From Candidatus Cloacimonadales bacterium (GTDB lineage: Bacteria > Cloacimonadota > Cloacimonadia > Cloacimonadales > JAIOQZ01), in assembly GCA_963662655.2 (NCBI GenBank), contig CAXXTU010000002.1, positions 1,120,001-1,184,000 of the forward strand: 64,000 nt of DNA, read 5' to 3'. Positions 1 to 10,119 of this stretch are shown here, piece by piece. The notes under the pieces are model-generated. The model was not told the origin of the DNA. It did no database searches and worked only from the letters and a program-made list of their open reading frames with translations. The translations under genes and the position numbers were made by a program. The number at the start of each line of letters is the position of its first letter. Within the stretch, counting starts at the first letter, position 1.

Positions 1-2773
1 CGTCATCAACGAGATCATGTACAACTCCCTCAGCTACGACAACGAGTGGATTGAGCTGTACAACGACAACGATTCCGCCGTGGATATCTCCGGCTGGTAC
101 ATGCTGGACGACAGCGACGAACATACGCCGCTTACCTTCCCGGCAAACACCACAATCGAAGCAAACGGATACTTCACCATCGCGATCTATCACGATCCTG
201 AAGCCTCCGAATTCCCGTTCACTCCGGACTACGATGCAACCGAAACCAACGACTGGAACCTCAACAATGGAGCGGACAACGTCAGGCTCTTCAATCCCGA
301 TGGAAACCTGGAAGATTACGTTCCTTACGAAGATACGAACGGCTGGCCTACATTGCCGGACGGTCAGGGACCTTCTCTTGAATTGATTTCACCCGACATG
401 GACAATACCCTTGCCGAAAGCTGGCAGGCAAGCGCCGTCGAAGGCGGATCTCCCGGTGAACAAAACAGCGGCGGCGGCCAATTCATCGATGTTGCAACAA
501 TCGCTGAACTCCGTGCGCAGGAAACTGGTTCCAATATCTACCGTCTTACCGGTGAAGCGATCATCACGTTCCAGCAGGACTGGCGTGGACAGAAATGGGT
601 GCAGGATGAAACCGGCGGCGTTCTCATCGACGACGACCCGGGTAACATCACGACAGAATACAACGTTTACGACGGTATCACCAATATTACCGGGACCATC
701 ACCGAATACGGCGGCCTGATCGAGTTCCAGCCAACGGAAGATCCGGGCGCTGCAACCTCGACGAACAACGTCATTACACCGGAAGTGGTAACACTTGCCC
801 AACTCACCAGCAACTTCGACGATTACGAATCGGAACTGGTGCAGGTTATCGATATGCAGTTCGAGGATGAAGGCAACTTCGAGAACGGTGCAGTCTATGC
901 CGTTACCGATGGAAGTGGAACCTACAATTTCCGTTCAACATTCTACGATGCCGATTACATCGGTTCGGCAATCCCGACCTCTGCCCTCAACGTGACGGGT
1001 ATCCCGAATTCACGTACCGACGGTGACTACTTCACCGCGCGTTACCTGAGCGACTTCGGTGCAACCGGACCGTCCCTCAACGTATCGCCGTCGTCGATCG
1101 ATTTCGGTGCCGTGATGCTCAACGAAACCGAGATGGATTCGTTCAACATGACCAACAACGGTACCGAGGATGTCTCCATCACTTCGATGACGACGCTGAG
1201 CGCAAACTTTGTGTTGTCAATCGACGAAGAGGGAAATCCTCCAAGCTTCCCGATCACCGTTCAGGTTGGAAGCACGCAGACGATGTATGTCTGGTTCACC
1301 CCTGAAGAGGTTACGGCCTACAACGACCAGATCACGATCGTCAGCAACGTTGATGACATCGTAGTGACGCTTACCGGGACCGGAAGCGCCGGCCTTGCGG
1401 ATATCGTGATCAACGAAATCATGTACAATCCGTCCGGCGAGCAGGGCGACGACGACTTCTACGAATTCCTCGAGCTCTACAACAACGAAGACTACGCGGT
1501 TGACCTATCCGGCTGGAATTTCCCGGCAGGAATCGAGTATACCTTTGAAAACGGCGTCACGCTCGAAGCTGGCGCCTACCTCGTACTTGCAAAGGATCCA
1601 ACCTCTATCGAGACATACTACAGCATTACCGGAGTCTTCGGACCATTTAGCGGTAATCTTGGTAACAGCGGTGAATTGGTTCAGCTTGCCGACGCCGATG
1701 GAACCGTTGCCGATTTCGTCGAGTATCTGGACGTAGCGCCTTGGCCTACCAGTCCTGACGGATACGGCCCATCCCTCGAGCTGAGCGAACCATCCGCGGA
1801 CAACAGCGTTGCCGAGAACTGGCACGGAAGCTCCGAGCTCGGTGGAACCCCGGGAGCAGAAAACAGCGACGGCGGGCAGATTATTCAGGTTGCGACGCTC
1901 GCAGAACTCCGTGAGCAGCCTACCGGCTCGAACATCTACACCATTACTGGTGAAGTATATTTCACCTTCATCCAGACCTACCGTAACCAGAAATACATCC
2001 AGGACGAAACCGCCGCGGTCATGATCGACGACGATCCTGGCATCATCACCACCGAATACGCGCTGTATGACGGTATCACAGGTCTTACCGGCACCATCAC
2101 CGAGTACGGCGGAATGCTCGAATTCCAGCCAATCGCCGACCCCGGCGCTGCGACTTCCTCAGGTAACGAGATTGAACCCGAAGTCGTTACGCTTGCTCAA
2201 TATAATGCCGATGTCGACGCGTACGAATGCGAATTGATTACCATCATGGACGTTTCCTTCGCAAATTCAGGCACGTTCGAGAACGGAACGGTGTATGAGA
2301 TTTCCGATCCGAGTCGCGCAACGGCAAACTTCCGCACCACATTCTATGATGTGGACTACATCGGATCCGAGATTCCACTTGAGACAAGAAACATATACGT
2401 TATCGCCAACGAGCGCTCCGAAGGAGCTTTCCTCACCTCTCGCTTGCTTGACGATCTCGATGTCCTTGGAAACAATGAAACCACGGTTCCCGCGAACCAG
2501 ACCATTCTGGTTGGCAACTACCCCAACCCGTTCAACCCGACAACCACCGTTCGTTTTGCCCTCAAGGAAAAAGCGAACGTGACCCTGAAGGTTTACAACA
2601 TCAAGGGACAGCTGGTGAAAACACTTACGAACGGCAAAATGGAAGCAGGCGTTCATGAAATCGTGTGGGATGGAAAAGACGACAACAACCACAGCGTTGG
2701 TTCAGGCGTCTACATGTTCCGCATGGTTACCCCGGACTACGAAAAAACCAACAAAGCTCTACTTCTGAAGTAA
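1..2773 (+). CDS. 5'-truncated secreted protein: two lamin-tail-domain + OB-fold-like modules, central Ig-like domain, C-terminal T9SS type A/FlgD-Ig-like sorting domain
   Basis: Frame is open from base 2 (VINEIMYN), so the true start lies upstream of the window. The module INEIMYN...E(W/F)xELYN...GPSLEL...GG(S/T)PG...VAT(I/L)AELR occurs twice. Ends with NYPNPFNPTTT...SGVY...KALLLK. Confidence 0.8.
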   Translation, partial: VINEIMYNSLSYDNEWIELYNDNDSAVDISGWYMLDDSDEHTPLTFPANTTIEANGYFTIAIYHDPEASEFPFTPDYDATETNDWNLNNGADNVRLFNPDGNLEDYVPYEDTNGWPTLPDGQGPSLELISPDMDNTLAESWQASAVEGGSPGEQNSGGGQFIDVATIAELRAQETGSNIYRLTGEAIITFQQDWRGQKWVQDETGGVLIDDDPGNITTEYNVYDGITNITGTITEYGGLIEFQPTEDPGAATSTNNVITPEVVTLAQLTSNFDDYESELVQVIDMQFEDEGNFENGAVYAVTDGSGTYNFRSTFYDADYIGSAIPTSALNVTGIPNSRTDGDYFTARYLSDFGATGPSLNVSPSSIDFGAVMLNETEMDSFNMTNNGTEDVSITSMTTLSANFVLSIDEEGNPPSFPITVQVGSTQTMYVWFTPEEVTAYNDQITIVSNVDDIVVTLTGTGSAGLADIVINEIMYNPSGEQGDDDFYEFLELYNNEDYAVDLSGWNFPAGIEYTFENGVTLEAGAYLVLAKDPTSIETYYSITGVFGPFSGNLGNSGELVQLADADGTVADFVEYLDVAPWPTSPDGYGPSLELSEPSADNSVAENWHGSSELGGTPGAENSDGGQIIQVATLAELREQPTGSNIYTITGEVYFTFIQTYRNQKYIQDETAAVMIDDDPGIITTEYALYDGITGLTGTITEYGGMLEFQPIADPGAATSSGNEIEPEVVTLAQYNADVDAYECELITIMDVSFANSGTFENGTVYEISDPSRATANFRTTFYDVDYIGSEIPLETRNIYVIANERSEGAFLTSRLLDDLDVLGNNETTVPANQTILVGNYPNPFNPTTTVRFALKEKANVTLKVYNIKGQLVKTLTNGKMEAGVHEIVWDGKDDNNHSVGSGVYMFRMVTPDYEKTNKALLLK

Positions 2774-2790
2774 GCTTGTAAACGATACTG

Positions 2791-2822
2791 AAACGCCCGT
2801 TGTAATGACGGGCGTTTTTTTT
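2791..2822 (+). terminator. Intrinsic terminator
   Basis: AAACGCCCGT-tgtaatg-ACGGGCGTTT followed by a T run, just after the stop codon. Confidence 0.85.
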
Positions 2823-2903
2823 ACTCGCTTTCCGGCAGCGCCATGCCTACCTGGTAACCACCGGCTGAACGAATCACCTAACTCGAGGCTGCCGGCAATC
2901 CAA

Positions 2904-3067
2904 CGCGGCGGGGCGGCGTTGTGCGCTCCGCGCACTAACAGGGCCTTCGGCTCTGTGGAATCACACAGAAAAGCCCGATACGTATTTACGCACATTCAAA
3001 GGTAGTTCCTTCGATTCTTTGTAGATATGTATCGGGCAGATGTGTGATTCAACGCCGCCCCGCCGCG
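2904..3067. repeat. Family-1 structured intergenic element, copy A (inverted relative to B and C)
   Basis: Terminal inverted repeat CGCGGCGGGGCGGCGTT / AACGCCGCCCCGCCGCG encloses three hairpins (2921-2935, 2938-2956, 2958-3050). Confidence 0.85.
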
Positions 3068-3092
3068 CGGTCAGCAACAACTCGCCGATTGC

Positions 3093-3518
3093 TCAGCGCA
3101 ACAGGTATCCGGCCACTTTCCATACGCCGCCGGAAAGCTGCATGGTAATCGTCTCCACGACCTCTTCGTTTCCCGATTCGCCTCTGAATTCGATAATACG
3201 ATAATCTCCTTCTGGAGCGGCCTCCAGAAACGACGTTAGTGTGACTTCCTTGAGCGTGCGATTCTCGATAGCCGGATTCGACTTTCTCAGGCTCTCCATG
3301 ATCATGATCCACTCGGTGCACGTAACCGCATTCTGAAGTAATTCAGACGCCTGTTCCCAACTCTCGGCAAAATCCGCGTTGTCTATTCGTAGAAGCCACT
3401 CTTGCGCGGCCATCACTTCCGGCAAATCGGACAGCGATTCCGAGCTTTCAGGATATTTTTCCTTGCAGCCGGATAGAAGGATTGTTGTCAGCAGCAGAAT
3501 AATCAAGAACCGTCTCAT
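3093..3518 (-). CDS. DUF4019-like lipoprotein
   Basis: Lipobox LLSGC; AAQEWLLRID...SW and ETIT...WKVAGY motifs. Confidence 0.7.
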   Translation of the reverse strand: MRRFLIILLLTTILLSGCKEKYPESSESLSDLPEVMAAQEWLLRIDNADFAESWEQASELLQNAVTCTEWIMIMESLRKSNPAIENRTLKEVTLTSFLEAAPEGDYRIIEFRGESGNEEVVETITMQLSGGVWKVAGYLLR

Positions 3519-4192
3519 ATCTTACCCAGCGCCTTTTCGAGCACCAACCTCTTCCGTTGGTTATGGCAGGTATCATTCCGGCTTCTTGCATACGCTCGTT
3601 CTATTGAACTTCCTGCGTAACGCAGCTCATCGATCGCCTGAGGAATTTCCATCTCGATCAGGCTCAGAATTGTATAGTAAAACGGGTAGCGTTTCCAGCG
3701 ACCTTTACCGTCACGTACCGCGGTGAGTTTCGACAAGCCATTGGCCAACCGCCTCTCCTGCTGATCGCCTCCCCCGGAAGCCAGATGTCGCCATAGCGAA
3801 ACCGAACAGATTCCACAGCACCAGCTTCCCCAGGGAGCTCCCGGCTTGTCATGCCCACTCAACATCCCGAGGAGGGTCTCTCGAACCGCCTTATGTATGC
3901 CGAGCCGCTTCCCGGGATCAAGAAGCAGTAAAGCCCGACCGGCCTCTTCGCTCAAGATGTGCGCTGTTCCAGCACCAGAAGTAATCTTTTCGCCCGTAAA
4001 GACCATGAATCCCTGCTCAAAATCCCTTTGGGTTGGAGCGAACAATCCCCTATACGCTCGGGGCTTGTTAAAACGACTGCTAATCCATGTTATAGCCTCT
4101 TCTACATCTCCATCAGGTATCCTCTCGCCACTGAAGAATACCTCATTAACACGGTCGATCGTCACTCCAAGGCTATCTCGATCTACTAACAT
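3515..4192 (-). CDS. Hypothetical protein
   Basis: 225 aa ORF with GGAGGT SD; overlaps the next gene by 4 nt (ATGA). Confidence 0.7.
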   Translation of the reverse strand: MLVDRDSLGVTIDRVNEVFFSGERIPDGDVEEAITWISSRFNKPRAYRGLFAPTQRDFEQGFMVFTGEKITSGAGTAHILSEEAGRALLLLDPGKRLGIHKAVRETLLGMLSGHDKPGAPWGSWCCGICSVSLWRHLASGGGDQQERRLANGLSKLTAVRDGKGRWKRYPFYYTILSLIEMEIPQAIDELRYAGSSIERAYARSRNDTCHNQRKRLVLEKALGKI

Positions 4193-4311
4193 AACACCTC
4201 CGATATGATGTAAATGATGCAGTTAGATTTTTCAGTCAAGCGTTTCGTACGGATTCATCCATATTTTTTATTGACACAGTAAACGCGCTTGAGAATGCTG
4301 TCATTCGTCGT

Positions 4312-4390
<79 letters not shown>

Positions 4391-4454
4391 TTTCAAGATG
4401 CCTCTGGATTTCCTTGACAGGAAATCTTCCATAAGGAATATGGAAAAACCTTGT

Positions 4455-4530
4455 GGGTGCTTAGCTCAGTTGGGAGAGCGCCTGCCTTACAAGCAGGTGG
4501 TCAGCGGTTCAAGTCCGTTAGCACCCACCA
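4455..4530 (+). tRNA. tRNA-Val(TAC)
   Basis: GGGTGCT/AGCACCC acceptor stem, CCTGC-ct-TAC-aa-GCAGG anticodon arm, GTTCAAGTC, encoded CCA. Confidence 0.97.
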
Positions 4531-4683
4531 TTTTTTTACCCAAACCCACAATATTATCCAATCTTAATATATTTGAGCAAACAAATGACATCCCCTGCTA
4601 CATCAATGGACTTGTTTACTAAATAGCCAAAATTGACCTGCACTGCACGCTGCAGCGGTTCATCGCTGGCGCTTCGTAATCTT

Positions 4684-5847
4684 CTATCTCACCGTTTTCC
4701 ACATGGGATTGGCTTTGCCTCGCAGATAGGAGACAAAAGCCATCAGGGAGGCGTAGAACATCGTAAAGAAGTACGCGGCAGGCTTGAAGATTTTCACGCC
4801 GTTTCCGCGATTCTCCAGATGGAACTCGAAACTGCCCGTGAGAAGAATGATGTCCAGCCCAACCGCAAACAACGAGTAGAACCACTGCCACAAGCTGGAG
4901 AATCCATTCATGAGCGAGGACACGAAGACAACGTTAAGGGAAATCGTCATGCCGATGACGTATAAGAAAAAGAGCCAGCGAATAACCTTGTGCGAGATCA
5001 GAATCCAGGATACCGCCGGAAACTTGAAGGGGTTGAGCAAGGATGGATGGCGGAAGAGCGATTTCCACTCTCTGGAGATGATACGGACTTTCCGGCTGAA
5101 CTCTTCCCGTGGCTTGGTAGTGGTTTTCTCCGTAACCCGGGCGCGATCGTTGAACTTACCGATATACCCGGCTTTAAGCGCCATCAGCGTTCGCTCGAAA
5201 TCGTCTATGGCGCTCACGGGCAACTGCTTGAAGAGGTTGCGGCGGATCATGAAGATCGAGCCATTGGCGCAGTTGATCGTGTACACTTTGCTGCTTATCT
5301 TCTTGAGGAACGATTCGTACTCCCAGTAAACGCCCTCGCCGGAATCGGCCTGGTTGTTCTTCTCGAGCGTGAGCTTACCGCCCACGACGCCGATGCGGTC
5401 GGAGGCAAGCATGGAAGAAAGGAGCTCTTTCATTGCCTGGGGATGGAAGATGGAATTGGCATCGGTGGAAACCACAAAATCGCATTTCAGCGTCGGTTCC
5501 ACGAGATTGTGCCCTGCAACCTTTCCCTGCCGGGGTTTCTGCACAACCAGACTCACATTGGTTCCCGTGTATCTCTCGACGATCTCGTTCGTCCCGTCGG
5601 TGGAGTCGTCGGAAATGACGATCATATCGATACGATCCTTCGGATAATCGAGTTCATGGAAGGACTTAATCTTGCGCTCGATAACGTCCGCTTCGTTGTA
5701 AGCGGGGCACAGCACCGTAATACGTGGATATTGAGTCACTTCCACCCGTTTCTCGCGTTTGCCTATCGAGAGGAGCGCAAGAATCATCGGGTAGCCGATC
5801 AAGTGATATACAAGGATCCCAAAGCTAATCCAGAAAAGCCAAATCAT
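4684..5847 (-). CDS. GT2 family glycosyltransferase (membrane-bound)
   Basis: ITVLCPAYNE, SDDSTDGT, STDAN and IDDF motifs, C-terminal TM helices. Start moved to ATG 5847 (TGATG overlap with upstream gene). Confidence 0.9.
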   Translation of the reverse strand: MIWLFWISFGILVYHLIGYPMILALLSIGKREKRVEVTQYPRITVLCPAYNEADVIERKIKSFHELDYPKDRIDMIVISDDSTDGTNEIVERYTGTNVSLVVQKPRQGKVAGHNLVEPTLKCDFVVSTDANSIFHPQAMKELLSSMLASDRIGVVGGKLTLEKNNQADSGEGVYWEYESFLKKISSKVYTINCANGSIFMIRRNLFKQLPVSAIDDFERTLMALKAGYIGKFNDRARVTEKTTTKPREEFSRKVRIISREWKSLFRHPSLLNPFKFPAVSWILISHKVIRWLFFLYVIGMTISLNVVFVSSLMNGFSSLWQWFYSLFAVGLDIILLTGSFEFHLENRGNGVKIFKPAAYFFTMFYASLMAFVSYLRGKANPMWKTVR

Positions 5848-6863
5848 CAATTCAATTCCTTTATCTTTATATCTTCCAGCACAGCGTCCAGCACCATCTG
5901 AGGCTTCAGATGCAGCAAACACTCGCGATTGCACGTTCGTTCTTTCAGGCTCAAGCAAGGCTTGCAAGCCGGAGCAGGTTCAAGCTCAATAATTAATTTA
6001 TTCCCGGTGAAGGGACCGGTTACCCTCGCATTCGCAGGACCGAAGATCGTGTAGATTCTCGTTCCGAAGCAGCTCGCGATATGCCCCATGCCCGAGTCGG
6101 AATTCAGCAAGTACTGAGTCCGGGACAGAAGCGCTGCGACCTGGCTGAGCTTGATCCCGGATACGAGCGGGATGTCTGTCTCGCGGCAAATCCGCTTGCT
6201 GACGTCCATCTCATCCGGTCCGCTAATGACATAAGGTACATGTTCAGGCAATCTTTTTTTCATGATTTTCACAAATTCAACGAAATACTCGGCATGCCAT
6301 CGACGGAAATCGTTCTCCTTGTTGCTTCCGGCATGGATCGCGAACAGCGTCTTTCCCGTCCACCCATTGTCCTGGATCATGCGATCGGCAAACCCGTAAT
6401 CGCTTGGCTCGACCATGAAGAACGGCTTCCCCAGTTCGAGCTTGCCCAGCACCGATTCTGCCAGCTTCTGATTCCCGATGGTCCGGTGCTGTGCAGGATC
6501 GTACTGCACCTGATCCGTATAATTCTTCATTCTGCACTTGCGATACTCGCCCACTCGGCGTTTTGCTCCGACTAACCGGGAAAACAACGATCCCTTTTCG
6601 GGCGTCACTCCGGATGTCACGATCGAGATATCGTATTTTACGCTTCTGAGCTGAAGTGCCTTGAGCAACAAGCTGAACTTGCGGTTGGGGGCAGTGTGGA
6701 TCGTTCCGCACTCCGGGGCATTCTCCAACGGCAACATGGCCGCTTTCTGCGTTATCAGAAAATCCACCCACGCATCGGGATGCTTTGTCTTGATCGCCTT
6801 CAGCACGGGAGTGAACATGATCATGTCCCCCATGCCCCATGTGTGAATGACAAGGATTTTCAC
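5847..6863 (-). CDS. GT9 family (heptosyltransferase-like) glycosyltransferase
   Basis: MKILVIH...GMGDMIMFTP, HAGS...RRW and NSDSGMGHIA...IFGP motifs. Confidence 0.9.
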   Translation of the reverse strand: MKILVIHTWGMGDMIMFTPVLKAIKTKHPDAWVDFLITQKAAMLPLENAPECGTIHTAPNRKFSLLLKALQLRSVKYDISIVTSGVTPEKGSLFSRLVGAKRRVGEYRKCRMKNYTDQVQYDPAQHRTIGNQKLAESVLGKLELGKPFFMVEPSDYGFADRMIQDNGWTGKTLFAIHAGSNKENDFRRWHAEYFVEFVKIMKKRLPEHVPYVISGPDEMDVSKRICRETDIPLVSGIKLSQVAALLSRTQYLLNSDSGMGHIASCFGTRIYTIFGPANARVTGPFTGNKLIIELEPAPACKPCLSLKERTCNRECLLHLKPQMVLDAVLEDIKIKELN

Positions 6864-8143
6864 AGAACTTCCTTTATCAACGACGCCATTTGGCCGCTCA
6901 GATGGATCGCGTTGTATTGGTCGATACCATCCAACCGTATCCCCTTGCGGAACTCCTCACGATCCAGGCTTGCCGCCTTCGTCAGGAGGTTCACCATTTC
7001 CTGGACATCGTCGTTGTCGCAAACGAAGCCGATATTGAGTTGCCGGATGAGCTCCGCGGCCGCTCCGGTGTGCGAACTGAAGCTGACCATGGGAATCCCC
7101 ATGAAGGCGTATTCGTACATCTTGCTGCTTCGCGCCTGTTCGGCGGTCTGAGGATAATAGAAATGCAGCAGCACGTCGGCGCGTTGAAGCTTTCCGAGCA
7201 ATTGGTCGCGCGGCACGAAGCCGGGCGTCACGATATCGTCACGAGAATACTGGTCGATAAGCTTCTGCGTATCATCGTTGAGCCCCCAGTATATTTCCAG
7301 AACCGGTTTCTTTCCCTGCCACGTTGCCCGGAACCGTTCCCAGGCCTTCAGGAGCATGACCGGATTGTACTTGGTGTCGTGTACGTCCATCTTACCCGCG
7401 TAAGCAATCAGGAGACGCGAGTCGTCCTTATCGATTTCGTTCTGCTCCGTAAAATCAGCGGGGTCGAATCCGTTCGGGATCAATCTCACCGGGATATTCG
7501 TTCCTCTGACGTCATTCCGCAGCTCTTCCGCGTGGCTCTCCGTCAGACTGACCAGGGCGTCGCTGTGCTTGTAGCAATATTGGGAGATATGCTTGTTGAG
7601 GAACTTGCGAACAAACGAGAAGCTGCCTTCCAGGCTGTACGACCCCCAGGGATCGCGGAACTCTGATATAACCTTCACGCCGGTGAGGATTCTGATCAGC
7701 ACCGAAGCGACGATCAGCGAGAAGGGGCCGCCCGTCACGAGTATCGCCTTGATCTTGTGTTTTCTAATAATCTTGAGCATGGAGGGGACGCACCCGAGCG
7801 CCCAGAAAATATGGATGTCGGGCGAAGCGATCAAATCCTTGATAATGACCAGTAGTTTCAGAATAATCTTTTTGAGCGGAGACTTCTTGCCGGTGTAAAT
7901 GTTAACCGATTTCCGATACTGGTGATCGGGGAACCGGGTTGGGCTTCGATAGATCACCGCATTCTTCGGAACGCTCCCCATCAGCTTCTTGTTGATAGGA
8001 TATCCGGGATTGGATGCCGTGAGGATAACGGGCTTGATTCCGTACTGGCTGATGTATTTTACTGTGCGGATAATGCGAAAGGCGCCGGTTGTGTTGAGTG
8101 GCGCATAGCAAAAGGTGAAAACAAGAATAGGTATTTCGTTCAT
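6860..8143 (-). CDS. GT4-like glycosyltransferase
   Basis: EFRDPW, IPNGFD, YAG and SSKMYEY motifs. Start taken as ATG 8143 because the longer ORF runs through the gdhA terminator. Confidence 0.85.
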   Translation of the reverse strand: MNEIPILVFTFCYAPLNTTGAFRIIRTVKYISQYGIKPVILTASNPGYPINKKLMGSVPKNAVIYRSPTRFPDHQYRKSVNIYTGKKSPLKKIILKLLVIIKDLIASPDIHIFWALGCVPSMLKIIRKHKIKAILVTGGPFSLIVASVLIRILTGVKVISEFRDPWGSYSLEGSFSFVRKFLNKHISQYCYKHSDALVSLTESHAEELRNDVRGTNIPVRLIPNGFDPADFTEQNEIDKDDSRLLIAYAGKMDVHDTKYNPVMLLKAWERFRATWQGKKPVLEIYWGLNDDTQKLIDQYSRDDIVTPGFVPRDQLLGKLQRADVLLHFYYPQTAEQARSSKMYEYAFMGIPMVSFSSHTGAAAELIRQLNIGFVCDNDDVQEMVNLLTKAASLDREEFRKGIRLDGIDQYNAIHLSGQMASLIKEVL

Positions 8144-8188
8144 ATCGTACTCAGTTGACGACGGGTTTATTACCTGGCACAATTCAGG

Positions 8189-8221
8189 AAAAAACCGCCC
8201 CCGTAGAGACGGGAGCGGTTT
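8189..8221 (-). terminator. Intrinsic terminator of gdhA
   Basis: Minus strand AAACCGCTCCCGT-ctct-ACGGGGGCGGTTTTTT. Confidence 0.8.
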
Positions 8222-8240
8222 AAAGAATGTATCATGTGTC

Positions 8241-9611
<1,371 letters not shown>

Positions 9612-10119
9612 TTAGTTTTTTTTGTCAATACAAAAAACAAATTTAGATTCCACGTTTTCTAATCTCCTTTATTTCCAGCATGTTAGCATATAGCGAGTCG
9701 TTGAATATTTGTTAAATCCATCTTTTACGAAGTTAGCCACCCAAATGAATCATCCTCATACACTTTTTACCATGGAGAGAATGCCCTAATCGATTCATTT
9801 GAAATTATTTCCTTAGTGATCCATTCACATCATTCTTGTGCCTGATTCCTTGACACTCGTGCTATTTTACGATAACGACAAACCGAACAACGTAACAAAA
9901 CAACAATCAGCAGCAATCCTATAACGTCAACCCCATAAAAATGCTGTTCGGCAACGTTTTCATGGAGTAATCATACTCAGTCTCTGAAAATGCAGCGTAT
10001 GAAACAGGTCGATAGAGCACGTCCCAATCTCTTGTAATCAGCTTCGACTCGCTTCCACCTTGACAGGAATCCTCTTTCCTCTATCTTATTGACAGCACAA
10101 TAATTGATGAGGATTTACC

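Noticed and set aside
2500..2773. FlgD-like C-terminal domains as flagellar hook-cap genes
   Set aside because: They terminate unrelated secreted proteins and fit a sorting-domain role.
9829..9965. Hydrophobic minus-strand reading frame (VIGLLLIVVLL...)
   Set aside because: An in-frame stop lies just upstream and there is no convincing start with SD.
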